DNA of 64,000 bases from Escherichia phage ECO07P1: the sequence record OP172784; one strand, given 5' to 3'. Positions within the stretch are counted from its first letter, which is position 1, and each line of letters opens with the position of its first letter. This document shows positions 48,651 through 63,322 of the stretch, one piece after another. The notes beneath the pieces were generated by a model. The model saw only the letters and a list, made by a program, of their open reading frames with translations, was not told the origin of the DNA and searched no databases. The translations under genes and the position numbers were made by a program.

Positions 48651-49559
48651 ATGTTTAAACGTAAATCTACTGCTGAACTCGCTGCACAAATGGCTAAACT
48701 GGCTGGAAATAAAGGTGGTTTTTCTTCTGAAGATAAAGGCGAGTGGAAACTGAAACTCGACAATGCGGGTAACGGTCAAGCAGTAATTCGTTTTCTTCCG
48801 TCTAAAAATGATGAACAAGCACCATTCGCAATTCTTGTAAATCACGGTTTCAAGAAAAATGGTAAATGGTATATTGAAAACTGTTCATCTACCCACGGTG
48901 ATTACGATTCTTGTCCAGTATGTCAGTACATCAGTAAAAATGATTTGTATAACACTGACAATAAAGAGTACGGTCTTGTTAAACGTAAAACTTCTTACTG
49001 GGCTAACATTCTTGTAGTAAAAGACCCAGCTGCTCCAGAAAATGAAGGTAAAGTATTTAAATACCGTTTCGGTAAGAAAATCTGGGATAAAATCAATGCA
49101 ATGATTGCAGTTGATGTTGAAATGGGTGAAACTCCGGTTGATGTAACTTGTCCGTGGGAAGGTGCTAACTTTGTACTGAAAGTTAAACAAGTTTCTGGTT
49201 TTAGTAACTACGACGAATCTAAATTCCTGAATCAATCTGCGATTCCAAACATTGATGATGAATCTTTCCAGAAAGAACTGTTCGAACAAATGGTTGACCT
49301 TTCTGAAATGACTTCTAAAGATAAATTCAAATCGTTTGAAGAACTGAGCACTAAGTTCAGCCAAGTTATGGGAACTGCTGCTATGGGTGGTGCCGCTGCA
49401 ACTGCCGCTAAGAAAGCTGATAAAGTTGCTGATGATTTGGATGCATTCAATGTTGATGACTTCAAAACAAAAACTGAAGATGATTTTATGAGCTCAAGCT
49501 CTGGCAGTTCATCTAGTGCTGATGACACGGACCTGGATGACCTTTTGAATGATCTTTAA
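48651..49559 (+). CDS. 32: gp32 single-stranded DNA-binding protein
   Basis: 302-aa ORF, acidic Ser/Asp-rich C-terminus; matches T4 gp32. Confidence 0.95.
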   Translation: MFKRKSTAELAAQMAKLAGNKGGFSSEDKGEWKLKLDNAGNGQAVIRFLPSKNDEQAPFAILVNHGFKKNGKWYIENCSSTHGDYDSCPVCQYISKNDLYNTDNKEYGLVKRKTSYWANILVVKDPAAPENEGKVFKYRFGKKIWDKINAMIAVDVEMGETPVDVTCPWEGANFVLKVKQVSGFSNYDESKFLNQSAIPNIDDESFQKELFEQMVDLSEMTSKDKFKSFEELSTKFSQVMGTAAMGGAAATAAKKADKVADDLDAFNVDDFKTKTEDDFMSSSSGSSSSADDTDLDDLLNDL

Positions 49560-49581
49560 TAGATTATATTACTAATTAATT

Positions 49582-49606
49582 GGGGACCCTAGAGGTCCCC
49601 TTTTTA
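49582..49606 (+). terminator. Rho-independent terminator after gene 32
   Basis: ggggacc-ctaga-ggtcccc followed by TTTTT. Confidence 0.6.
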
Positions 49607-49630
49607 TTTCAAAAATTTTTTCACAAAACT

Positions 49631-49660
49631 GTTTACAAGCATAAAGCTTTGTGGTACTAT
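49631..49660 (+). promoter_or_regulatory. T4-type early promoter
   Basis: GTTTAC 49631-49636, 18-bp spacer, TACTAT. Confidence 0.5.
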
Positions 49661-49703
49661 ACAACTATCGGCAATACTGCTGATAATTAAAGAGGAAAAT
49701 AAC

Positions 49704-49931
49704 ATGGCTAAAATTGATATTGATGTTGTTGATTTTGAATATATTGAAGAAATTATTCGTAATCGTTATCCTGAACTCCGTATTACAAGCGCACTAAATG
49801 ACCCCAATTGCAATGTTTCAGTTGTTATTGAAGGTCCTTTAAATCGTCTTAAACAATTTATGATTAATGAATATTGTGACGGTATGGATGCTGAAGATGT
49901 AGAATTTTACACAGGATTTATTGAGCAGTAA
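49704..49931 (+). CDS. Hypothetical protein (75 aa)
   Basis: ORF with GAGGA SD. Confidence 0.45.
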   Translation: MAKIDIDVVDFEYIEEIIRNRYPELRITSALNDPNCNVSVVIEGPLNRLKQFMINEYCDGMDAEDVEFYTGFIEQ

Positions 49932-49975
49932 TTATCAAGGGGCTATCAAGCCCCTATTAAAATGAGGAAAAGAAA

Positions 49976-50338
49976 ATGTATATCGGTAAAAAGTATGAAC
50001 TTGTTCCAAGACTTATTGATACATTTATTAATTATCGTCCACGTTCTAATTCAGCAATAGTTAAAATTATTCAAGAAAATGGCGGATGGTTTGAAGTTAA
50101 AGAAGCTTTCTTTGCTGATGGATTTAGAGTAATAAAACACATTGAATGCGCAAATGGAAAGCATTTTTACTTCAACGTCTGTGAAGACGAATTTCATTGT
50201 TTTCGCGAGTATAAAGAACCGACTTTTGAAGATGAAGTCGAAGACAAGGTTTCTGGCGTAACAAAAATTCACTGCATTGTAGACGAAAACAATGTAGATG
50301 AAATCATTGAACTTTTGCGAAAAACTTTCAAAAAGTAG
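49976..50338 (+). CDS. Hypothetical protein (120 aa)
   Basis: ORF with GAGGA SD. Confidence 0.45.
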   Translation: MYIGKKYELVPRLIDTFINYRPRSNSAIVKIIQENGGWFEVKEAFFADGFRVIKHIECANGKHFYFNVCEDEFHCFREYKEPTFEDEVEDKVSGVTKIHCIVDENNVDEIIELLRKTFKK

Positions 50339-50367
50339 TTTACATCAGGGTAGTAGTGTGATACTAT
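50338..50367 (+). promoter_or_regulatory. T4-type early promoter
   Basis: GTTTAC 50338-50343, 18-bp spacer, TACTAT. Confidence 0.45.
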
Positions 50368-50392
50368 TACCCTAACAACTGAGGAGAATAAA

Positions 50393-50635
50393 ATGAGATT
50401 ACAACGCCAGAGCATCAAAGATTCAGAAGTTAGAGGTAAATGGTATTTTAATATCATCGGTAAAGATTCTGAACTTGTTGAAAAAGCTGAACATCTTTTA
50501 CGTGATATGGGATGGGAAGATGAATGCGATGGATGCCCTCTTTATGAGGATGGAGAAAGCGCAGGGTTTTGGATTTACCATTCTGATGTTGAACAGTTTA
50601 AAGCTGATTGGAAAATTGTGAAAAAGTCTGTTTGA
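50393..50635 (+). CDS. Hypothetical protein (80 aa)
   Basis: ORF with GAGGAG SD. Confidence 0.45.
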   Translation: MRLQRQSIKDSEVRGKWYFNIIGKDSELVEKAEHLLRDMGWEDECDGCPLYEDGESAGFWIYHSDVEQFKADWKIVKKSV

Positions 50636-50644
50636 GGAAATATA

Positions 50645-50883
50645 GTGAAAACACTAAATTTGCTTAAGGTTGGGGAAGACATAGATATTGTTGATATCTA
50701 CAAAAATCTAACTTATTATGATAATTTATTTGTCGTTCAAACTTTAAATGGTGATTACTATACGGTTTCTTTAGTGCGAAATAAATTTAAAAACAAATTT
50801 TACTTTTGCATTTATAATTATCATGGCCAACGCTCTAGCAATTATATTGAACCGTCTGACATATTTTATATTGAGGAATTAAA

Positions 50884-50887
<4 letters not shown>
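50645..50887 (+). CDS. Hypothetical protein (80 aa), GTG start
   Basis: GAGGA SD 7 nt before GTG. Confidence 0.4.
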
Positions 50888-52255
<1,368 letters not shown>

Positions 52256-53271
52256 TAATTGAGGCCTGAGTATAAGGTGACTTATACTTGTAATCTATCT
52301 AAACGGGGAACCTCTCTAGTAGACAATCCCGTGCTAAATTGTAGGACTACCCTTTAATAAATACTTCTATATTTAAAGAGGTATTTATGAAAAGTGGAAT
52401 TTATCAGATTAAAAATACTTTAAACAATAAAGTATATGTAGGAAGTGCTAAAGATTTTGAAAAGAGATGGAAGAGGCATTTTAAAGACTTAGAAAAAGGA
52501 TGTCATTCTTCTATAAAACTTCAGAGGTCTTTTAACAAACATGGTAATGTGTTTGAATGTTCTATTTTGGAAGAAATTCCATATGAGAAAGATTTGATTA
52601 TTGAACGAGAAAATTTTTGGATTAAAGAGCTTAATTCTAAAATTAATGGATACAATATTGCTGATGCAACGTTTGGTGATACATGTTCTACGCATCCATT
52701 AAAAGAAGAAATTATTAAGAAACGTTCTGAAACTGTTAAAGCTAAGATGCTTAAACTTGGACCTGATGGTCGGAAAGCTCTTTACAGTAAACCCGGAAGT
52801 AAAAACGGGCGTTGGAATCCAGAAACCCATAAGTTTTGTAAGTGCGGTGTTCGCATACAAACTTCTGCTTATACTTGTAGTAAATGCAGAAATCGTTCAG
52901 GTGAAAATAATTCATTCTTTAATCATAAGCATTCGGACAAAACTAAATCTAAAATATCAGAAAAGATGAAAGGCAAAAAGCCTAGTAATATTAAAAAGAT
53001 TTCATGTGATGGGGCTATTTTTGAATGTGCAGTAGATGCAGCTAGACATTTTAAAATTTCGTCTGGATTAGTTACTTATCGTGTAAAATCTGATAAATGG
53101 AATTGGTTCTACATAAATGCCTAACGACTATCCCTTTGGGGAGTAGGGTCAAGTGACTCGAAACGATAGACAACTTGCTTTAACAAGTTGGAGATATAGT
53201 CTGCTCTGCATGGTGACATGCAGCTGGATATAATTCCGGGGTAAGATTAACGACCTTATCTGAACATAATG
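52256..53271 (+). mobile_element. td group I self-splicing intron (1016 nt) containing I-TevI
   Basis: Interrupts td between ...FLG and LPFNIASYA...; exon 1 ends in U, intron ends in G; 1016 nt as I recall for the T4 td intron. Confidence 0.85.
52387..53124 (+). CDS. I-TevI: I-TevI GIY-YIG homing endonuclease (intron-encoded)
   Basis: 245 aa; GIY-YIG N-terminus (SGIYQIKNTLNNKVYVGS), zinc finger and C-terminal DNA-binding domain. Confidence 0.9.
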   Translation: MKSGIYQIKNTLNNKVYVGSAKDFEKRWKRHFKDLEKGCHSSIKLQRSFNKHGNVFECSILEEIPYEKDLIIERENFWIKELNSKINGYNIADATFGDTCSTHPLKEEIIKKRSETVKAKMLKLGPDGRKALYSKPGSKNGRWNPETHKFCKCGVRIQTSAYTCSKCRNRSGENNSFFNHKHSDKTKSKISEKMKGKKPSNIKKISCDGAIFECAVDAARHFKISSGLVTYRVKSDKWNWFYINA

Positions 53272-53583
53272 CTTCCATTTAATATTGCATCATATGCTGC
53301 GTTAGTTCATATTGTAGCTAAGATGTGTAATCTTATTCCTGGAGATTTGATATTTTCTGGCGGTAATACTCATATCTATATGAATCACGTAGAACAATGT
53401 AAAGAAATTTTGCGTCGTGAACCTAAAGAGCTTTGTGAACTGGTAATAGGCGGATTGCCTTATAAATTCCGTTATCTTTCTACTAAAGAACAATTGGAAT
53501 ACATTCTTAAACTCAGGCCTAAAGATTTCGTTCTCAAAGATTATCAGTCCCACGGTGTCTTGAAAGGAAAAATGGCGGTGTAA
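53272..53583 (+). CDS. td: Thymidylate synthase, exon 2
   Basis: LPFNIASYAALVHIV... continues the TS frame; joined CDS gives 286 aa. Confidence 0.9.
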   Translation, partial: LPFNIASYAALVHIVAKMCNLIPGDLIFSGGNTHIYMNHVEQCKEILRREPKELCELVIGGLPYKFRYLSTKEQLEYILKLRPKDFVLKDYQSHGVLKGKMAV

Positions 53584-53606
53584 TTTTAATTTAATTGAGA
53601 GGATAT

Positions 53607-53870
53607 ATGATTTTACGATTTAAGGATACTTCTGGTGTCGTTCTTTTTACACTTCCTAATCCAAGCGAGTTAGAAGTTCCAGGACCAGAACAACCTATTA
53701 TCATTTATGGTAAAAAGTATTATACTCATAAAATGACTCGTGAGTATTTTGATAATAAAATTTCCACAGTTAAAACTTCTTCTGATTGCTACTATGATAT
53801 TACTGTTTTAACGGAACAACAATATGACGAATTATTACCGCGCGGGCCGTCTATGCCAGGTAGTGAATAA
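53607..53870 (+). CDS. Hypothetical protein (T4 nrdA.1 position)
   Basis: ATG at 53607 with GAGAGGA SD; track ORF starts at TTG 53595. Confidence 0.45.
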   Translation: MILRFKDTSGVVLFTLPNPSELEVPGPEQPIIIYGKKYYTHKMTREYFDNKISTVKTSSDCYYDITVLTEQQYDELLPRGPSMPGSE

Positions 53871-54150
53871 ATATAAATCCGACTTTGATGTTAATATTCA
53901 CCGTGGTACATTTTGGGGAAATTACGTCGGTAAAGATGCTGGCAGCCGGGAGGCTGCCATTGAATTATTCAAAAAAGATTTTATACGTCGAATTAAATCC
54001 GGAGAAATAACTAAAGCACATTTAGAGCCTTTACGTGGAATGAGGCTAGGATGCACATGTAAACCAAAGCCGTGTCATGGTGATATAATAGCTCATATAG
54101 TTAACCGATTGTTTAAAGACGATTTTCAAGTTGAGGACTTATGCAATTAA
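53824..54150 (+). CDS. Hypothetical protein (T4 nrdA.2 position)
   Basis: 108-aa ORF overlapping neighbours at both ends. Confidence 0.45.
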   Translation: MTNYYRAGRLCQVVNKYKSDFDVNIHRGTFWGNYVGKDAGSREAAIELFKKDFIRRIKSGEITKAHLEPLRGMRLGCTCKPKPCHGDIIAHIVNRLFKDDFQVEDLCN

Positions 54151-56405
54151 TTAATGTTATCAAAAGTAGTGGTGTTTCTCAGAGCTTTGACCCGCAAAAA
54201 ATTATTAAAGTTTTATCTTGGGCAGCTGAAGGAACATCTGTAGATCCTTATGAATTATATGAAAATATTAAATCATATCTCCGTGATGGAATGACCACTG
54301 ATGACATTCAAACCATTGTAATTAAGGCTGCTGCGAATTCTATTTCAGTTGAAGAGCCTGATTATCAATACGTAGCCGCTCGTTGTTTAATGTTTGCTCT
54401 TCGTAAGCATGTTTACGGGCAGTATGAGCCCCGTTCATTTATTGACCATATTTCTTACTGTGTAAATGAAGGTAAATACGACCCTGAATTGTTGTCAAAA
54501 TATTCTGCAGAAGAAATTACATTTTTAGAATCAAAAATTAAGCACGAGCGGGATATGGAATTTACTTATTCCGGGGCGATGCAATTAAAAGAAAAATATC
54601 TAGTTAAAGATAAAACCACTGGTCAAATTTATGAAACTCCACAGTTTGCATTTATGACTATTGGAATGGCATTGCATCAAGATGAACCTGTTGATAGATT
54701 AAAACACGTTATCCGTTTTTATGAAGCAGTATCTACTCGACAGATTTCATTGCCAACTCCTATTATGGCTGGATGTCGTACTCCAACTCGGCAGTTTAGT
54801 TCATGTGTTGTTATTGAGGCAGGTGATTCGCTGAAGTCTATCAATAAAGCTTCTGCTTCAATTGTTGAGTATATTTCTAAACGAGCCGGAATCGGTATTA
54901 ACGTTGGTATGATTCGTGCCGAAGGTTCTAAGATTGGCACAGGTGAAGTACGCCATACTGGTGTTATTCCTTTTTGGAAACATTTTCAGACTGCTGTTAA
55001 ATCATGTTCACAGGGCGGAATTCGTGGCGGCGCTGCTACTGCTTATTATCCTATTTGGCATTTGGAAGTTGAAAATCTTCTCGTTTTGAAAAATAACAAA
55101 GGTGTAGAAGAAAACCGTATCCGTCATATGGATTATGGCGTCCAGCTGAATGATTTGATGATGGAACGTTTTGGAAAGAACGACTACATTACTTTGTTCA
55201 GTCCGCATGAAATGGGTGGCGAGCTTTATTATTCTTATTTTAAAGACCAAGACCGTTTCCGCGAATTATACGAAGCAGCAGAAAAAGACCCTAATATTCG
55301 CAAAAAGCGTATTAAAGCACGTGAACTGTTTGAATTGCTCATGACTGAACGATCAGGAACAGCAAGGATTTATGTGCAGTTCATTGATAATACGAATAAC
55401 TATACTCCATTTATTCGTGAAAAGGCACCTATTCGTCAGAGTAACTTGTGTTGTGAAATTGCTATTCCAACAAATGATGTGAATAGTCCTGATGCTGAAA
55501 TTGGATTGTGCACGTTATCTGCATTTGTGTTGGATAACTTCGATTGGCAAGACCAAGATAAAATTAATGAATTAGCAGAAGTTCAAGTTCGTGCTCTTGA
55601 TAATCTTTTGGATTACCAAGGATATCCAGTTCCTGAAGCAGAAAAAGCTAAAAAGCGTCGAAATCTTGGTGTAGGTGTTACTAACTATGCAGCTTGGCTG
55701 GCAAGTAACTTTGCTTCTTATGAAGATGCTAACGATTTAACACATGAACTATTTGAGAGATTACAGTATGGGCTCATTAAAGCATCCATTAAGCTCGCCA
55801 AAGAAAAAGGACCTTGCGAATATTATTCAGACACTCGTTGGTCTCGAGGCGAATTACCTATCGACTGGTACAATAAAAAGATTGACCAAATCGCAGCTCC
55901 AAAATACGTTTGTGACTGGTCGTCGCTGCGGGAAGACCTTAAGCTCTTTGGCATCCGTAATAGCACATTATCAGCACTTATGCCATGTGAGTCATCTTCC
56001 CAAGTTTCTAACAGTACAAACGGTATCGAGCCTCCACGTGGACCAGTCTCTGTTAAAGAATCAAAAGAGGGTTCCTTTAATCAAGTCGTGCCCAATATTG
56101 AACATAACATAGACCTGTATGATTATACGTGGAAATTAGCTAAGAAAGGTAATAAACCTTATCTTACACAGGTAGCTATTATGCTGAAATGGGTATGTCA
56201 ATCAGCTTCAGCGAATACATATTATGACCCGCAGATTTTTCCAAAAGGAAAGGTTCCAATGTCAATAATGATTGATGACCTTTTGTATTTTTGGTATTTT
56301 GGCGGAAAAAATTTCTATTATCATAATACCCGCGATGGTTCTGGTACTGATGATTATGAAATAGAAACTCCAAAAGCTGAAGATTGTTCATCCTGTAAAT
56401 TATGA
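54141..56405 (+). CDS. nrdA: Ribonucleotide reductase large subunit (aerobic class I)
   Basis: 754 aa; C-terminal CxxC...CSSCKL; matches T4 NrdA. Confidence 0.95.
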   Translation: MQLINVIKSSGVSQSFDPQKIIKVLSWAAEGTSVDPYELYENIKSYLRDGMTTDDIQTIVIKAAANSISVEEPDYQYVAARCLMFALRKHVYGQYEPRSFIDHISYCVNEGKYDPELLSKYSAEEITFLESKIKHERDMEFTYSGAMQLKEKYLVKDKTTGQIYETPQFAFMTIGMALHQDEPVDRLKHVIRFYEAVSTRQISLPTPIMAGCRTPTRQFSSCVVIEAGDSLKSINKASASIVEYISKRAGIGINVGMIRAEGSKIGTGEVRHTGVIPFWKHFQTAVKSCSQGGIRGGAATAYYPIWHLEVENLLVLKNNKGVEENRIRHMDYGVQLNDLMMERFGKNDYITLFSPHEMGGELYYSYFKDQDRFRELYEAAEKDPNIRKKRIKARELFELLMTERSGTARIYVQFIDNTNNYTPFIREKAPIRQSNLCCEIAIPTNDVNSPDAEIGLCTLSAFVLDNFDWQDQDKINELAEVQVRALDNLLDYQGYPVPEAEKAKKRRNLGVGVTNYAAWLASNFASYEDANDLTHELFERLQYGLIKASIKLAKEKGPCEYYSDTRWSRGELPIDWYNKKIDQIAAPKYVCDWSSLREDLKLFGIRNSTLSALMPCESSSQVSNSTNGIEPPRGPVSVKESKEGSFNQVVPNIEHNIDLYDYTWKLAKKGNKPYLTQVAIMLKWVCQSASANTYYDPQIFPKGKVPMSIMIDDLLYFWYFGGKNFYYHNTRDGSGTDDYEIETPKAEDCSSCKL

Positions 56406-56456
56406 TATAATTTGACTCACGGACGAGTCACTATCTATTAACTAAGCGGAAAATTT

Positions 56457-57132
56457 ATGAGCACAGTTTTTAATACAAATCCAGTTGATGTTTTAAAAGA
56501 ACCTATGTTCTTCGGTTCAGGTCTTGGTATTGCGCGTTATGATATTCAACGCCATAAAGTTTTTGAAGATTTAACCGAAAAGCAATTATCATTTTTCTGG
56601 CGTCCTGAAGAAGTAAACTTAATGATGGATGCTGCACAATTTAACAAGCTTCCTCAATATCAGCAAGATATTTTTACTAATAACCTGAAGTATCAATCAC
56701 TTCTAGATAGCATTCAGGGTCGTGCACCGTCTGCTGTACTTATGTCGTTAATTTCAGACCCAAGTCTTGATACATGGGTTGCTACATGGACTTTTAGTGA
56801 AACTATTCACAGTCGTTCATATACTCATATCATGCGAAATCTTTATACTGATCCATCGAAGGTATTTGATGAGATTGTACTAGATGAAGCTATCATGAAA
56901 CGTGCTGAATCTATCGGTCGCTATTATGATGATGTTCTGACTAAAACCCGTGAATGGGAAAATGCTAAAGAATTTACAGAACTAGCTAAAGAATCTCCTG
57001 ATGCTGTTTTTCGTTTAAATCGAGCTATTAAACAAGAAGCCGAAGCTAAACGAGCACTAATGAAATCTCTTTACCTCTGTTTGCACGTTATTAATGCCTT
57101 AGAAGCTATTCGTTTTTATGTATCTTTTGCGT
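56457..57132 (+). CDS. nrdB: Ribonucleotide reductase small subunit, exon 1
   Basis: R2 frame runs to ...RFYVSFA(C) then is interrupted; 3' boundary inferred from reading-frame continuity. Confidence 0.8.
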
Positions 57133-58223
57133 AAAATGCGCCTTTAAACGGTAACGTTTATCGAAAACTCCTTTAATTGCTGGAAAGTCCTTTATAGGAA
57201 AACTAGCAGCCAAGGTTTTGCTTGCACCTTTAATTAGTATAATATAAATATGATTATACTTTTAAGAGGATGCACAATTGAACTATAGAAAAATTTGGAT
57301 AGATGCGAACGGACCTATACCTAAAGATTCTGATGGAAGAACATACGAAATCCATCATAAAGACGGTAACCGTGAAAATAATGATTTAGATAATTTGATG
57401 TGCCTTTCTATACAGGAACATTATGATATACATTTAGCTCAAAAAGATTACCAGGCTTGTCATGCTATAAAGCTTAGAATGAAATATTCTCCTGAAGAAA
57501 TTTCTGAATTAGCTTCTAAAGCCGCAAAATCTAGAGAAATCCAGATTTTTAATATTCCTGAAGTACGAGCTAAAAATATTGCCTCTATTAAATCTAAGAT
57601 AGAAAATGGTACATTTCATCTTTTAGACGGTGAAATACAGCGTAAATCTAATTTAAATAGAGTTGCATTAGGTATACATAATTTTCAACAAGCTGAGCAT
57701 ATTGCAAAAGTTAAAGAACGCAATATTGCAGCTATAAAAGAAGGTACTCATGTATTTTGCGGTGGTAAAATGCAGTCAGAAACTCAATCAAAACGGGTAA
57801 ATGACGGTTCACATCATTTCTTGTCAGAAGACCATAAGAAAAGAACATCAGCAAAAACATTAGAAATGGTTAAGAACGGGACCCATCCTGCACAAAAAGA
57901 AATCACATGTGATTTCTGCGGTCACATTGGTAAAGGTCCTGGATTTTATCTAAAACATAATGACAGATGTAAATTAAATCCAAATAGAATTCAATTGAAT
58001 TGTCCATATTGTGATAAGAAAGATTTATCACCATCAACATATAAACGATGGCACGGCGACAATTGCAAAGCAAGGTTCAACGACTAGTCTTCGGACGTAG
58101 GGTCAAGCGACTCGAAATGGGGAGAATCCCTCTGGGATTGTGATATAGTCTGGTCTGCATAGTAATATGTAGCAGTTCATAAGAGAACGGGTTGAGAATT
58201 AGCGAGCTCAATCGAACATAACG
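57133..58223 (+). mobile_element. nrdB group I intron (~1.09 kb) containing a full-length HNH endonuclease ORF
   Basis: Interrupts the R2 frame between VSFAC and TFNFHKNMEIMEGNAK; boundaries inferred (exon 1 ends in U, intron ends in G). Confidence 0.7.
57278..58087 (+). CDS. I-TevIII: I-TevIII-like HNH homing endonuclease (269 aa), apparent TTG start
   Basis: HNH motif (YEIHHKDGNRENNDLDNLMCLSIQEHYDIH), C-terminal Cys-rich zinc finger; AAGAGGA SD 7 nt before TTG; no in-frame ATG upstream. Confidence 0.75.
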   Translation: MNYRKIWIDANGPIPKDSDGRTYEIHHKDGNRENNDLDNLMCLSIQEHYDIHLAQKDYQACHAIKLRMKYSPEEISELASKAAKSREIQIFNIPEVRAKNIASIKSKIENGTFHLLDGEIQRKSNLNRVALGIHNFQQAEHIAKVKERNIAAIKEGTHVFCGGKMQSETQSKRVNDGSHHFLSEDHKKRTSAKTLEMVKNGTHPAQKEITCDFCGHIGKGPGFYLKHNDRCKLNPNRIQLNCPYCDKKDLSPSTYKRWHGDNCKARFND

Positions 58224-58726
58224 GTACCTTTAACTTCCATAAGAACATGGAAATCATGGAAGGTAATGCCAAGATTATGAAGTTCATTGCACGTGATGAG
58301 CAGCTTCACCTTAAAGGCACTCAATATATTATTCGTCAACTTCAATCCGGTACTGATGGTGATGAATGGGTTAAAATTGCTCAAGAGTGTGAACAAGAAG
58401 CAGTTGATATTTTCATGGAAGTTAACCGCCAAGAAAAAGATTGGGCAGTTCATTTATTTAAAGATGGCGATGTTCCTGGATTAAATACAAATAGCATGTG
58501 GAGCTTTATTGATTACTTAACTGTATCTCGTATGAAACAGTGCGGTCTTCCATGCCCAATTACCGATGCTCCGGTTAAACATCCATATCCTTGGATTCGT
58601 GAATATCTTAATTCTGATAATGTTCAATCCGCGCCACAAGAAGTAGAACTGTCATCTTACCTTGTTGCACAGATTGATAATGATGTTGATGATAAAGTTA
58701 TGATGAGTTTTAAAAAATACTTTTAA
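58224..58726 (+). CDS. nrdB: Ribonucleotide reductase small subunit, exon 2
   Basis: Frame continues TFNFHKNMEIMEGNAKIMKF... to stop at 58724-58726. Confidence 0.8.
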
Positions 58727-58730
58727 GGAG

Positions 58731-58750
58731 TGGGCCGCAAGGCCCATTTT
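58731..58750 (+). terminator. Rho-independent terminator after nrdB
   Basis: tgggcc-gcaa-ggccca followed by TTTT. Confidence 0.55.
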
Positions 58751-58753
58751 ATT

Positions 58754-60341
<1,588 letters not shown>

Positions 60342-60344
60342 GCT

Positions 60345-60374
60345 GTTTACAAGTCCCTCGTGTTGTGTTATAGT
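60345..60374 (+). promoter_or_regulatory. T4-type early promoter upstream of alc
   Basis: GTTTAC 60345-60350, 18-bp spacer, TATAGT. Confidence 0.45.
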
Positions 60375-60402
60375 AGACTTACTGACATAACATGAGGACT
60401 TT

Positions 60403-60909
60403 ATGATGGATTTACAGCTTATTACTACTGAGATGGTCGTTGAAGCATACGGTGATACTACAGATGGGATTTCTGTATTTAAAGGAAATCGTCGAGTTGG
60501 ATATATCACCGATCTTAAGAAAGATTTAGCTAAGCAAGTCAAGCGGAAAACGACCATTAAAGAATATCGAAATCGTCGTCTTGAGCAAGCCCGTGATATG
60601 CTTCCCGATGCGGTTGAGGAGATGAAAGTCTTTTTAGAAAATCAGCTTGCGAAATATGATTGTGATGTGTTCATTAATCAGACTCAACCTAATGTTCATA
60701 TTAATAACTGTAAATGCTATATCATCGTTAATCCTTTGACGGGAAAACATCGTCTTGGAATTAGTAATCCAAATCGTAGCGCATCGGATATGGCAGAAGA
60801 TGTTGAGGCATGCTTTAAAATTTCTAAATCTCCTGCTGAACATCATATTTTAATTAACGGTCTTTCTCAAGACGATATTATAGAGGTTATTAAAACTTTA
60901 TGCAATTAA
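60403..60909 (+). CDS. alc: Alc, inhibitor of host transcription on cytosine-containing DNA
   Basis: 168-aa ORF (alternative ATG at 60406); size and position (after rnlA) as T4 Alc. Confidence 0.7.
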   Translation: MMDLQLITTEMVVEAYGDTTDGISVFKGNRRVGYITDLKKDLAKQVKRKTTIKEYRNRRLEQARDMLPDAVEEMKVFLENQLAKYDCDVFINQTQPNVHINNCKCYIIVNPLTGKHRLGISNPNRSASDMAEDVEACFKISKSPAEHHILINGLSQDDIIEVIKTLCN

Positions 60910-61253
60910 GTAATACGACAGCAGGCTTGTTATTAATTGTAATTGCATTGGGCGGAACTTCTTTAATTTTAAAAAGTAAAATTGAAAGATTAGAAACGTC
61001 TGTTGTAGAAATTACAAAAACGGCCAATGAAAACGCTTTAGCATTAGATAATTTGCGAATTCAGTATAATTATATTGATGCGATGAATAATAAAAATCGT
61101 GAGGCAATTGCTGCTATTGAGCGTGAAAATGAAAAACTGCGCAAAGACGCAAAGAAGGCGGATGTGGTGGCTCATAAGCCAGGATTGGTTGAAAAACAAA
61201 TCAACAACTCCTTCAACAAGTTCGCAGAAGACATCCAGGACCTTTCTAAATGA
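60900..61253 (+). CDS. Hypothetical membrane-anchored coiled-coil protein (T4 pseT.3 position)
   Basis: N-terminal TM helix LLLIVIALGGTSLIL followed by a charged helical region. Confidence 0.5.
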   Translation: MQLSNTTAGLLLIVIALGGTSLILKSKIERLETSVVEITKTANENALALDNLRIQYNYIDAMNNKNREAIAAIERENEKLRKDAKKADVVAHKPGLVEKQINNSFNKFAEDIQDLSK

Positions 61254-61549
61254 TTAAACTATCAGCAGTAATATTATCTATTGGTCTTCTAGTTGGTTGT
61301 TCGACAAAGCCTCTAGAAGTAAAGAAAGAAACAGTTCATCCTAATTGGCCTGTGCAAATAAAGTCATATGACGAAGCTAAACTATCTTGGCAAGTTAAAG
61401 TTATTGATGGTAAAGCTTGGGTCGGTATGCCATTTGAAGATTCCCAGGAATTTCGTATTTGGCTTAATGATGTAAAACGATATGTACATGACCAAAAAAC
61501 TATGATATGTTATTATCGTCAAGAGCTAAAAGAGGATAAATGTAAATGA
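61250..61549 (+). CDS. Putative lipoprotein (T4 pseT.2 position)
   Basis: Signal peptide with LVGC lipobox. Confidence 0.5.
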   Translation: MIKLSAVILSIGLLVGCSTKPLEVKKETVHPNWPVQIKSYDEAKLSWQVKVIDGKAWVGMPFEDSQEFRIWLNDVKRYVHDQKTMICYYRQELKEDKCK

Positions 61550-61772
61550 TTTCATGGCATCAATTTGAACATCTCAAAGGATTGATTTATGAATCCGAGA
61601 TGGCTGCAATGATTTATGGACGCCAGATTCAACGATTAGAATCTTTGCCTCCAACTAATGATGTTTTATTAGCTCAATCACGTGCTAATCTTAAAAATGA
61701 ATACCAAAATAAGTGGGGTAAAGCATCTAAAGACCTGCATGATTATATTCAATCATTGGTTGAGAAAAATAA

Positions 61773-61776
<4 letters not shown>
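61546..61776 (+). CDS. Hypothetical protein
   Basis: 76-aa ORF, ATGA coupling. Confidence 0.45.
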
Positions 61777-62980
<1,204 letters not shown>

Positions 62981-63044
62981 TTGCTTGTCACCATGAAACT
63001 TGGACTATTATTAATTGGCTCGAAGAAAATTATGTGAGGTAAAT

Positions 63045-63320
63045 ATGTTTCCGACTTATTCTAAAATCGTAGAAGTAGTGTTTAGTCAAATTATAGCTAA
63101 TAATATGTTTGAAAAGCTTGATAACGCAGCTGAGCTTCGAATTCATGCTCAAGTGACTCATGTATTGAACACTTTGCTTCCAGACCAGGTTGATTCTATC
63201 GCCATTACGCTGTATCCAGGTTCCGCGCATATCATTGTCGTATTCGGTCTTGATGCTGAGCTAGTCATCAAAGGCGATATTCGTTTTGAATCGCAGACAT
63301 CAGAATTCAAAGCAATTTAA
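63045..63320 (+). CDS. Hypothetical protein
   Basis: ATG at 63045 with GAGG SD; track ORF starts at TTG 63015. Confidence 0.4.
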   Translation: MFPTYSKIVEVVFSQIIANNMFEKLDNAAELRIHAQVTHVLNTLLPDQVDSIAITLYPGSAHIIVVFGLDAELVIKGDIRFESQTSEFKAI

Positions 63321-63322
63321 TA

